NCBI GenBank assembly: GCA_031426335.1
Contig: JANPLC010000111.1
Coordinates: 2,384-66,383, forward strand
Reading direction: 5' to 3'
DNA length: 64,000 nucleotides
Origin: Planctomycetota bacterium
GTDB taxonomy: Bacteria; Planctomycetota; UBA11346
In this document: positions 18,913-27,754 of the stretch, piece by piece
How the letters are laid out: each line of letters starts with the position of its first letter
Numbering within the stretch: position 1 is the stretch's first letter
The notes under the pieces: generated by a model
What the model was told of the DNA's origin: nothing
The model's input: only the letters and a program-made list of their open reading frames with translations
Databases searched by the model: none
Made by a program: the position numbers and the translations under genes

Positions 18913-19932
18913 TCACCCACCAGCTCCCAGGTCGATCACCGCACCGCCACCGATGACGTCTTGGTACTGGTAACCGGGAATGACCTGCCCATTCCCCGCC
19001 GTGCCATCGTAAGGGCCGGTCGCCAGCACGCTGCCCGACACCACACCCTGCACATCGACTCGCAGACGAGCAGGGAACGCACCCGGCACCACACTCCAGG
19101 TGGTGGTGCGCGAAACACCGGCGTTCACCGTGCCCAACGCCACGGTGGAGGCCCCTTCGACGGTCCATCCCGCTGGCACGTTCAACGTCACCTGCGCCTG
19201 CGATGCCGGGAACTGCGTCGCGCTGAACGGCGCCGGGCACGGATAGGTGCTGACGGCACGCACGCTGAGCAACTGCTTGGTGCGCGACGTGCTGAGCGCC
19301 ACGCGCCACGGCACGTAGATTGCGCCCCAGTGTGGCGTGGTGGTGCCGTAGCCGGTGTAGGTCCAGCAGGTCTCGACGTCAGCGTAACTGAACGGCTGGA
19401 AACCGGCCGCATCCTGCTCGCCTTTCAGTTCACGTCCCCAGGGATCAGCGAACCACATGATCCGCGTGGAGTCGTCGTAGCCCATCGCCACGCGGTAGTG
19501 CCCACCGGCCGAGTTGGCGGTGAACTGCATGAGAAACAACACCGGAATATCCTGGCGGATGAGTGCCTTCACCTGCGGCAACCACGAGGTCGCCTGCGCA
19601 TGCGCCAGCACCGCCAGGCCGAGCGCGCGCTGCGGATAACCGCCAAGCGGCGCCACGCTGCCGGTTCGTCCTTGGGCGGAGCTGAGCGCGCTGAAATGCC
19701 CCGCGCGGATCAGGTCGCCGACGGCGGTGCCGTTCGAGGTCAGCCGCACCACCGCCGCGACCTCATCGTACGCGGCCTGCGGCCCGGCGTAATCGAGCAG
19801 CATCTTCGCTGACGCCGGCCCGCAGCTATACGCGTTCGGTTGCGTAAACGGCGTAGCCATGGTGATGCGATAGGAGGACGGTTCGGCCGCAGCGAGACCG
19901 AAGACGACCAGGAAGAGGAGGCAGGTGCGCAT
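18913..19932 (-). CDS. secreted C39-like (papain-fold) cysteine peptidase domain protein
   Basis: Signal peptide. Cys motif YSCGPASAKMLLDY and His motif GGHYRVAMGYDD, typical of the Peptidase_C39-like family. C-terminal beta-rich extension. Confidence 0.6.
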   Translation of the reverse strand: MRTCLLFLVVFGLAAAEPSSYRITMATPFTQPNAYSCGPASAKMLLDYAGPQAAYDEVAAVVRLTSNGTAVGDLIRAGHFSALSSAQGRTGSVAPLGGYPQRALGLAVLAHAQATSWLPQVKALIRQDIPVLFLMQFTANSAGGHYRVAMGYDDSTRIMWFADPWGRELKGEQDAAGFQPFSYADVETCWTYTGYGTTTPHWGAIYVPWRVALSTSRTKQLLSVRAVSTYPCPAPFSATQFPASQAQVTLNVPAGWTVEGASTVALGTVNAGVSRTTTWSVVPGAFPARLRVDVQGVVSGSVLATGPYDGTAGNGQVIPGYQYQDVIGGGAVIDLGAGG

Positions 19933-20013
19933 GGCTGATCCCTAGACGACGGCGGGGTGAAGGCCAGTCGCAGGTTCGCGTGCTGTGCAGCGCGCGAGCG
20001 CGTGTGGCGAAAT

Positions 20014-21435
20014 TCAGCTCGGCTGACTACGATGAATGACTTGCGTGACCGCACCGGACAGCTGATCCACCACCCGGTCGATATCTTCGGTGGTGGTGGT
20101 GAGCGGCGGAAATAGGTAACTGGTATCTCCGAGTGGCCGCAGCAACGCCCCGCGCTCCACCGCCGCGCGGAATACCTGCCACCCGGTGCGCTTGGACGGA
20201 TCAAGCACCGAACCATCCGCCGCGCGCAGGTCCACCGCTGCTATCATACCGACACCGCGGACGTTGGCGAAACAACGATGCTCAACGGCCAGCTGAGCCA
20301 ATCCCTGACGCAGAAGCGGTCCGTTGCGTGCGACCTGGCCGAGCACGTCCTCGCTGGCGTAGACATCGAGCGCCGCGATGGCCACCGCGACGGCGAGCGC
20401 ATTGCCGGCGTAGGTGTTTGAGTGCAGGAACGCGCGGCGATCGCGCCACTCGGCGAGGAAGTTGTCGTACAGCGCGTCGGTGGTCAGCACGGTGGCGAGC
20501 GGCAGGAAGCCACCGGTAAGTCCCTTCGACAGCACCGCCAGATCCGGCAGCACGTCGAGGCCAGCGAGGTGCGACGCGAGCATCGCGCCACAGCGGCCCA
20601 TGCCGGCGGCAATCTCATCGGCGATCAGCAGCACGTCGTGAGCGTCGGCCCAGGCACGCAGACGACGCAGCAGATCCGGAGAATAGAGCAGCATGCCGCC
20701 GGCGCCTTGCAGCACCGGTTCGTAAACGATCGCGGCAAGAGTGTCGGCTTCGGCGTCGAGCTGCTCCTGGATCGCCGGCCATTCTGGCGACGCGTCCATC
20801 CAACGCGCATCTTCCGGGCCACTGCGGTACGGCAGCGGTCCGAGCTGCGTGCAGGCAAACAGCAGCGGCGCGAAGGTGTCCTTGTAAAGGCCACAGTCAC
20901 CGACGCTGAGCGCGCCAATGGTCTCGCCGTGGTAACCGTTCTGAAACGCGGCGAAACGCGTGCGCTTGGCGTGGCCGCGTTGCGTCTGAGCCTGGAGCGC
21001 GAGTTTGAGTGCGACTTCCACCGCAGTCGAACCGTTATCGGCGAAGAACACTTTGCCGAAGTGTCCAGGCTGGCGCCCGCGTGGCGCGTCGTTGCGCCAG
21101 AAGGTTGGCGGCAATCCGTTGGCCGCCGCCAACAGCCGTTCGCAGAAGGTCACCACCTGGTCATTGGTGGTGTTGGCGAGGATGACGTGCTCAAAGCGAG
21201 CGGCCTGCGCCGTCAGCGCCGCGGTCAGGCGCGGATGGCCGTGGCCAAGGCTTTTGCACCACCAGGAACTGATGGCGTCGAAAATGCGCCGACCATCAGC
21301 AAGCGTCAGCCAGCCACCGCTGGCCGAGACGATCTCAAGCGGTGGGAACACGTCATGGTCAGACATCTGGGTACAGGGATGCCACACCACCGCATCGTCA
21401 CGCCGTACCAACTCCGAGCGCAGGTCTGACCGCAT
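20014..21435 (-). CDS. bioA: adenosylmethionine-8-amino-7-oxononanoate aminotransferase
   Basis: Hallmark BioA N-terminus VVWHPCTQM...SSWWCKSLGHGHP. PLP-fold motifs DEIAAGMGRCG and the SKGLTGG lysine region. Confidence 0.85.
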   Translation of the reverse strand: MRSDLRSELVRRDDAVVWHPCTQMSDHDVFPPLEIVSASGGWLTLADGRRIFDAISSWWCKSLGHGHPRLTAALTAQAARFEHVILANTTNDQVVTFCERLLAAANGLPPTFWRNDAPRGRQPGHFGKVFFADNGSTAVEVALKLALQAQTQRGHAKRTRFAAFQNGYHGETIGALSVGDCGLYKDTFAPLLFACTQLGPLPYRSGPEDARWMDASPEWPAIQEQLDAEADTLAAIVYEPVLQGAGGMLLYSPDLLRRLRAWADAHDVLLIADEIAAGMGRCGAMLASHLAGLDVLPDLAVLSKGLTGGFLPLATVLTTDALYDNFLAEWRDRRAFLHSNTYAGNALAVAVAIAALDVYASEDVLGQVARNGPLLRQGLAQLAVEHRCFANVRGVGMIAAVDLRAADGSVLDPSKRTGWQVFRAAVERGALLRPLGDTSYLFPPLTTTTEDIDRVVDQLSGAVTQVIHRSQPS

Positions 21436-21561
21436 AGTCTGCTACGCTCAGTCGATTAGGACGAGGAGCAACCGGGCGGTGGCCCAACTACCGATTCGTG
21501 AGCGCCAACGGCGCGACGTGAAGGGAGCCCAGGGCATCGCCCGGGCATCGCCCTGGGTCAT

Positions 21562-21990
21562 TCAGCAGCGCAGATTCAGGCTATGCCCGCGATTGCCTTC
21601 GGGGATCGAAGTCACATTGGCGTGTTCATCGGGAACCGCCTCCCAGCCTTCGCGCAGAGTGCGCATGATCGGCAACAGGGCCGCGAGTTGGGCCTCGTTC
21701 TTCTTCAGGCTGCCTTCGCTGATCTGATAGATGATGAAGGCGTAGAGGTCGCGCAGCTGGTGCGCCAATTCACCGCCGGCCTCGAAGTTGAGGGTCGCCA
21801 TGAGTTCGATGAAGATGTCGCGCGCTTTGCGGCATTGCACGATCGCTTCTTCGCCCTTGTTGGCCTTGATCGCCTCACGGGCGTTGCCGATGAAGCGTTC
21901 CGCGCCGAGGTACAATCGCACGATCAATTCGCGTTGCGACACCGTCTCGACTTCAGCGGAACGGTAAGCGGCCTGGGCGGTTTGGTTCAT
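21562..21990 (-). CDS. fliS: flagellin-specific export chaperone FliS
   Basis: 142 aa. AAYRSAEVETVSQRELIVRLYLGAERFI matches the FliS N-terminal consensus. Located downstream of fliD as in canonical flaG-fliD-fliS operons. Confidence 0.8.
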   Translation of the reverse strand: MNQTAQAAYRSAEVETVSQRELIVRLYLGAERFIGNAREAIKANKGEEAIVQCRKARDIFIELMATLNFEAGGELAHQLRDLYAFIIYQISEGSLKKNEAQLAALLPIMRTLREGWEAVPDEHANVTSIPEGNRGHSLNLRC

Positions 21991-22078
21991 GGTGTTCTCC
22001 CGACGCTCGCAGTATCGGCCGCGACTGCCGCGGGTTGAGGCCCCGTTATCGCCAAGTGCCGCGGTTCCTTAAGGTGGC

Positions 22079-24070
22079 TCACGACTCTCTCGGCGTCAAC
22101 GACTTCACGAAGTTTGTCATCGCCGTGCCCTGGGAATTGAACTGCGCGATCATGCGTTCCATCGACTGGAACTGGCGTTCGTAGCGTTCGCGGCGTTTGG
22201 TCAGCGTGAGGTCGGCTTTGGTGATCTGACTGGTCGCGTCGATGATGTTCTTGCTCAGGTTCTTGTCGATCGAGCTGATCGTGCCGATCGAGTTGTCGGT
22301 CAGACGGGTGAAACGTTCGCCGATCTGTTGGCCGATGCCCTTGTGGGCGGTGACGCTGGCGCCACTGAGCGCAGCCGTGGCGGTGATATTGAGCGACAAA
22401 CCTTCCGCGTCGCTGCCGACGGCACCACCGAGGAGCCGTCCGTTGCCAGCCCCGGCAACACCGTTGATGGTGCCGGCCACATCGATGCCAGTGACGTTCT
22501 GTGGGGTCAGCCCCAGCGCGGTGAGCGCGGTCGAGTCGCCACGGATCTGGATGTTCTGAGTGCGGCCATAACGCTCGCTGTGGATGTCCAGACGGTTGCT
22601 CGCGAGCGACACCACCAGCTTTTCATTGGTCGGCGACAACACCGCGTTGAACGAACTCTGCAGCTGAGTGGCCAGCTCCGCCCGGGTGTAGGTGCCGTTG
22701 GTCAGTGTCAGCGTCACGGCGCGGCCATTGACCGACATCCCCAGGGTGTTGTTGCTGTTGGTGATCACCGTCGACGCTGCCAGGGCCGTGCTGCTGAGCA
22801 CCGCCTGCACGGCCGGTTGGGTGATGTTGACGGAGAAAGGACCGGCGACCTTGGTCTTGTCGGTGAGGTTGCTGAACTGCACCGACTGCTCGGTCGAGGT
22901 GCCGGTGTTCATGAACAGCTTGCGCACGCCCTCTGAATTGTCGGCCAGTGCCTTGTCCAGCTTGGTCTGATCGACGACCAGCGTACCATCGGTGCGCTTG
23001 AGGGTGATGCCAATGGCAGCCAGACTGTTGAGCGACGACGGCAGACCCGACACGCTGCCGGTCAGCGCGCGGGTGATCTGGCCCATGCCGGCCACCAAGT
23101 TCGCCTGACTGATGAGGACGCCGGCGGTCTTGGTTGCCGGATCGAATCCAGCGTTGGCCTTGAGGTAGGTGGTCGCCGCATTGAAGCTCTCGACGAATTT
23201 CTTGATGCCGTCCTTCGCCGCGGTCGGATCAGCGGTGACGCCGATGGTGATGGCGTTGGCCACGGTGCGCGCTTCCAGCGTCACCCCGGGAACGATCTCG
23301 CTGAAGGTGTTGCTGGCCTGGGTCACGGTGATGGCGCCGCCACCGGAACCGATCCGCACCTCGGCATCACTCGCCGCGGCCAGGGTCGACATACCGGTGA
23401 AGAGCGAGGCCATGCCGCCAGTACCGCTCACCAGAATATCGTTGGCGGCGCCGGTCTTGCCGCCGTTGAGCACCAGACGGAAGGGCGATCCGCTGCCGTC
23501 GTTGATCACCGAAGCGGTGATGCCAGTACCAGCATTGTTGATCGCCGAGGCGACATCGGTGAGGCTGCCACCGGCGCTGAAGGTGAGCTGGGTCGCCGCG
23601 GCATCGCCGACCTGGAGCGACAGCGTGCCGCTAGCAAAGGCGGTTTCGGCCGACGCTTGGCCCACGGTCGCGAGTTGATGGGAACGCGCCACTTTCACCA
23701 CGTCGAGCGTATAGGAACCGGGCACAGCGCTGCTGGCGGTGGTAGTGATCGCCAGGGCGTCGGTGTTGCTACTGGTGGAGGTGCGGCTCTGAAAGGTCGA
23801 CGCGCGTTTGAGCGTGCCCAGGTCGAGCTGGGCCGACAACATCCGCGTATTGAAGGTGCGCACCGCTTCGCGGCGTGCCTCGTACAGCGCCTTGTTGCGT
23901 TCGAGCAGCCGGGTGGTCGCACGATCGGCATTGATGAAGGCGTCGATGATGTCCGACGATTGGATACCAGAAACCAGCCCATTCACCTTGGGACGGGTGC
24001 TGGAGCTGGTCGTGGACGAGTTGTTCGTGGACGAGTTGGTCGTCGAGCCGGTCGCTTCTACCATGGACAA
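22079..24070 (-). CDS. fliD: flagellar filament cap protein FliD (hook-associated protein 2)
   Basis: 663 aa. N-terminal GLVSGIQSSDIIDAFINADR and C-terminal AQFNSQGTAMTNFVKSL correspond to the conserved FliD termini. There is an S/T/N-rich low-complexity N-terminal tract. Confidence 0.85.
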   Translation of the reverse strand: MSMVEATGSTTNSSTNNSSTTSSSTRPKVNGLVSGIQSSDIIDAFINADRATTRLLERNKALYEARREAVRTFNTRMLSAQLDLGTLKRASTFQSRTSTSSNTDALAITTTASSAVPGSYTLDVVKVARSHQLATVGQASAETAFASGTLSLQVGDAAATQLTFSAGGSLTDVASAINNAGTGITASVINDGSGSPFRLVLNGGKTGAANDILVSGTGGMASLFTGMSTLAAASDAEVRIGSGGGAITVTQASNTFSEIVPGVTLEARTVANAITIGVTADPTAAKDGIKKFVESFNAATTYLKANAGFDPATKTAGVLISQANLVAGMGQITRALTGSVSGLPSSLNSLAAIGITLKRTDGTLVVDQTKLDKALADNSEGVRKLFMNTGTSTEQSVQFSNLTDKTKVAGPFSVNITQPAVQAVLSSTALAASTVITNSNNTLGMSVNGRAVTLTLTNGTYTRAELATQLQSSFNAVLSPTNEKLVVSLASNRLDIHSERYGRTQNIQIRGDSTALTALGLTPQNVTGIDVAGTINGVAGAGNGRLLGGAVGSDAEGLSLNITATAALSGASVTAHKGIGQQIGERFTRLTDNSIGTISSIDKNLSKNIIDATSQITKADLTLTKRRERYERQFQSMERMIAQFNSQGTAMTNFVKSLTPRES

Positions 24071-24107
24071 CTCACTGGCAGCGAGTGGGAACGGGACAGT
24101 GAAAGCG

Positions 24108-24473
24108 TTACGCGGTTTTGTCGATGAACATGCCGATGAAGTCCTGCAGGCGTGCGTGCAGTTCCATCACTTCCTTTGAGGGGATCTGTTTGATCACCTC
24201 GCCGGTCTGCTGGTCGGTGACGCGCATGAAGGCCTGGTCGCTGTCGTGGTCGATATCCATCGACAGGCGACGGGAACTGGCGGCCTCGACCACCTGCTTC
24301 AACTGCGCGGCGGCAGCATGCAGGTGGTCGGAACTCACTGGCAGCTGCCCATTGGCGGCGGCCTGGCCCTGTTGCGTCTGGGCGACCTGGACCTGCGCTT
24401 GACGGTCGGCCGTGTTGGCTGGCCGGATGTAGTCGCCCACTTGGGTGGCGATCTGGGCGTCGATGCGGCTCAT
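24108..24473 (-). CDS. flaG: flagellar protein FlaG
   Basis: C-terminal MDIDHDSDQAFMRVTDQQTGEVIKQIPSKEVMELHARLQDFIGMFIDK matches the FlaG family. Preferred start is MSRIDAQIA (ATG 24471-24473, minus strand). Located immediately upstream of fliD. Confidence 0.7.
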   Translation of the reverse strand: MSRIDAQIATQVGDYIRPANTADRQAQVQVAQTQQGQAAANGQLPVSSDHLHAAAAQLKQVVEAASSRRLSMDIDHDSDQAFMRVTDQQTGEVIKQIPSKEVMELHARLQDFIGMFIDKTA

Positions 24474-24863
24474 GGGCGACCTGCCTCCTTGGGGGCGTGG
24501 TACCCCCAACACGCAGCATCGGTGGGCTGGGCCTGGCGCTTGAGGGAAATCTGGCTTGGGCTTGCTGGCCGACTCCGCCACCGCCCAGATGATTAGCCAT
24601 AAAGATTTCTTTGATAGGCGGTTGTGTCATGTCCGTCGGTCCTCCCCCTGGGACTCAGAACGCAAACCTTTGGCCAATGGTTTCCGGCGTCCGCGAAATC
24701 GGGGGTTGCCGCGGTCCGCAGCCGGTTCGTCGCGGTTCGTCACCTAGCGGGATTTCCCTCAAGCGCCCAGAACCCCTGCCGTCACTGACCCCCAGACCGT
24801 CATATGCGGTTCGCGGTACGGATACCGCTCTCGGCTCCCAACCAACACCCCACGGAGGAAATC

Positions 24864-27344
24864 ATGGGCCTGCGCATCAATCACAATATCTCAGCAATCA
24901 ACGGGCATCGCCAGTTGATGAAAAACGAAAGCATGATGGCCAAGTCGCTCGAGCGCTTGTCCAGCGGCCTCAAAATCAACCGCGCTGCCGACGACGCCGC
25001 TGGACTCGTCATCAGCGAACAGATGCGTGCGCAGATCTCAGGTCTGAAGCAAGGTATCGATAACAGCGAGACCGCGATCTCGATGGTGCAGACCACCGAA
25101 GGTGCGCTCGACGAAGTGAACACGCTGCTGACCAAGGCACGTGAACTCGTCCTGCATGCCGCCAACGAAGGCGCCAACGACGTCAATCAGCTCACCGCTG
25201 ACCAGACTGAGCTCGACAACGTCATCCAGTCGATCACCCGCATCAGCGATGTGACCCAGTTCGGTACCAAGAAGCTGCTCGATGGTAACCTGAACGGTGC
25301 CACGAGTCTCGCCTCCTCCATCTCGCACGTCAAAGTTGGCAACCTGGCCAACAACCCCGCAATTAATGCTGGCCTGATGTCACTCAATGTGACGGCCGCG
25401 ACTAAGGAAGCGATTACCCTCAAGGGTGGTTCTTCGACCGACACCTACATCTTCAACGCGGCGGTCACCGGTGTGAACCTCGGTAGCGCCTCGGTGAACT
25501 CGGGCGTGTCGGTGTCGCTCACCCTTGGCAGCGATACGGTTGCGCTCGTCACCACCGGTACGATGACCGCATCAACCCTGGCTAGCGCGCTCGATACCCT
25601 GGCTAACCAGTACGGTTTCGATGTCGCCTCGGTCAGCGGTGAAATCAAGGTCACCCGCCAGAACTTCGGCTCCACGGACTTCGTGTCGAATATCAGCTTC
25701 TCACGTGCGGGAAGCGCGGCTGTCGCGGGTAGCGCTGAGAACGTCACGGCAACCCTCGAGGTCACCAGCCCGTCGACCAGCTCCGGCGCTGCCGCCGTAC
25801 TGTTCAACGAGTCCATCGGTGGCGTCTCCGGCATCCAGGAGACCAACACCCTGGCCAAGAGTGGCACCCGCTTCACCTACAACATCAGCACGGCCACCGG
25901 CGGGGCTTACTCCGCGACCGTGACCGGTGCGGCCAACGCCACCGTTGCCAGCATCTTGTCGGGCCTGCAGACCTCGATCCAGGGTCAGGCTGGTTTCTCT
26001 GGCGCTTCGTTGACCCTCGCGGGCAGCACCGGTGCCGGTGAGATCAAGTTCAATCTCGCCCGTGGCGACGACACGATCGCCACTGACTTCAACTTCTCGC
26101 TGGCGATCGACTTCGACAACTCTGCCGCCATCCAATCAGAAGTCGAAGTGCTGTCGCTGACGGGTGCGACCTTCAACGTCGGTACCGGCCCAACCTTCAA
26201 CGATGGCACCGGTGCTGTGGCTGGTTCAGCCATCGCCACGGGCACGGTCATGTCGTCCGGCAATGCCATCAACCTGACGGTCAACGGCCAAACGGTGACC
26301 TTTACCGCCGGTGCCGGCGGCCAGAGCATGACTGGTATCGCTGATGGCCTGGAAACTGCCGTGCAGGCTCTGGGAGGCGGCCTCTCAGGCGTCCAGGTCG
26401 AATACCTAGCGGCTGGTGTGAGCCTCACGGGACTCACCAACTACCAGGGTGCAACCGGCGCGGTCACACCCAGTGCGGGCTTCGTACTGTGGAATTCGGA
26501 CGGCACGAGCTTCTCAGTGTCGCTGACGGTCGACCAGACGCAGGGCACTGACGTGGCCATCTCGTCGGTCCAGACCCAGACTGGTGCGGAAGCGGGCGCC
26601 ACGCTCGACCTCACGACCACAGCTCAGGTAAGCAGCGGCAACACCGCCACCAGCGGTGCCGTATCGGGCACTGCGGTGGCCAGCACGACCAGCGGTTCGG
26701 TGGTCAGCAGTGGCCTCGATGCCACCGCGACCATGACCTCGTCCAACGGGGTGGTCCTGAACCTGAAGCAGTCGGCGATCAATGCCGACGGCACCGTCAG
26801 CATGACGCTGACCACGGGCATGAACGACATCGGTTACAAGGATTTCAAGGCCGAGCTCTCCTCGACCTTGCTGTCCGCCGGTGGTGCGACCAACTTCACC
26901 CTGACCCAGGGTGCGGTGTTCCAGGTCGGTGCGAACGCCCTGCAGCAAGTGGCCTTCACGGTCGACGACATCTCGTCCGATGAACTCGGTCGTGGTGCCA
27001 GCTCGTCCTTGGCGAGCCTGGAAGATATGCTCAGCACCAAGGAAGGTGCTCTGCTCAATGGTCTCAGCACGGAAGCTCTGGCGGTCATCGACTCGGCCAT
27101 CGATCAGGTCACCAACCTGCGCGGGCGCCTTGGCGCCTTCCAGGCCAATGCCCTGGAAAGTGGTCTGAACAGCCTGCGGGTGTCCTATGAGAACCTGACG
27201 GCTGCCGAGTCGACCATCCGCGACGTCGACTTCGCCGAGGAATCGGCGAACTTCACCCGGAATCAGATCCTGGTGCAGGCGTCGACCTCGATGCTGGCGC
27301 AAGCCAATCAGATGCCTCAGAACGTGCTGAAGCTTCTCGGCTGA
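24864..27344 (+). CDS. fliC: flagellin, giant variant (~826 aa) with a very large Thr/Ser/Gly/Ala-rich central hypervariable domain
   Basis: Conserved D0/D1 N-terminus MGLRINHNISAINGHRQL...RAADDAAGLVISEQMRAQISGL and C-terminus LRGRLGAFQANALESGLNSLRVSYENLTAAESTIRDVDFAEESANFTRNQILVQASTSMLAQANQMPQNVLKLL. GGAGGA RBS at 24855-24860. Followed by a rho-independent terminator. Confidence 0.9.
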   Translation: MGLRINHNISAINGHRQLMKNESMMAKSLERLSSGLKINRAADDAAGLVISEQMRAQISGLKQGIDNSETAISMVQTTEGALDEVNTLLTKARELVLHAANEGANDVNQLTADQTELDNVIQSITRISDVTQFGTKKLLDGNLNGATSLASSISHVKVGNLANNPAINAGLMSLNVTAATKEAITLKGGSSTDTYIFNAAVTGVNLGSASVNSGVSVSLTLGSDTVALVTTGTMTASTLASALDTLANQYGFDVASVSGEIKVTRQNFGSTDFVSNISFSRAGSAAVAGSAENVTATLEVTSPSTSSGAAAVLFNESIGGVSGIQETNTLAKSGTRFTYNISTATGGAYSATVTGAANATVASILSGLQTSIQGQAGFSGASLTLAGSTGAGEIKFNLARGDDTIATDFNFSLAIDFDNSAAIQSEVEVLSLTGATFNVGTGPTFNDGTGAVAGSAIATGTVMSSGNAINLTVNGQTVTFTAGAGGQSMTGIADGLETAVQALGGGLSGVQVEYLAAGVSLTGLTNYQGATGAVTPSAGFVLWNSDGTSFSVSLTVDQTQGTDVAISSVQTQTGAEAGATLDLTTTAQVSSGNTATSGAVSGTAVASTTSGSVVSSGLDATATMTSSNGVVLNLKQSAINADGTVSMTLTTGMNDIGYKDFKAELSSTLLSAGGATNFTLTQGAVFQVGANALQQVAFTVDDISSDELGRGASSSLASLEDMLSTKEGALLNGLSTEALAVIDSAIDQVTNLRGRLGAFQANALESGLNSLRVSYENLTAAESTIRDVDFAEESANFTRNQILVQASTSMLAQANQMPQNVLKLLG

Positions 27345-27375
27345 TCACGGACGACAATCAGGTCACGAATGACCA

Positions 27376-27409
27376 CCCCCGGTGCTTTTGGCACCGGGGG
27401 TTTTGTCGT
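27376..27409 (+). terminator. rho-independent terminator downstream of the first flagellin gene
   Basis: CCCCCGGTGC-TTTT-GCACCGGGGG perfect 10-bp GC stem followed by TTTTGTCGTTTAT, 32 nt after the stop. Confidence 0.65.
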
Positions 27410-27754
27410 TTATGGGCCGCGAGCCGTGCGGCGTGCGGCGTGCGGCGTTTTGCGAGATCGTCGCGTGCGGTGTTTTCCCATGCGGATGACGGGGCCGAAC
27501 AGCGGTTCGCGGCGTGAGCCGCGAGAACCGGGTGGTCATCCGGCGTTTGCTCGAGTGCTCTGCGGACCTCGCCACCATCGCCGCAAAGCCTTGTGAAAAT
27601 TGCAGCTGGATGAACCGAGTGGCGTGCGGTCGGTCGTCAACGCCGCACGTCGCACCCCGCACTCCGCACCGTGGCAAGCCCTTTTGGCACGCCGCGAGCG
27701 TTGGTGCTCCCAAGGCTCTTCACCGAGCTGGAGTTCCCAACACGCGAGGTTCCC

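Noticed and set aside
20422-21429. 335-aa plus-strand ORF antisense to bioA
   Set aside because: bioA is unambiguous. The antisense frame has no motifs.
22328-23678. Plus-strand ORFs antisense to fliD
   Set aside because: fliD termini are conserved on the minus strand. The antisense ORFs are A/V/T-rich artefacts of the repetitive S/T-rich coding sequence.
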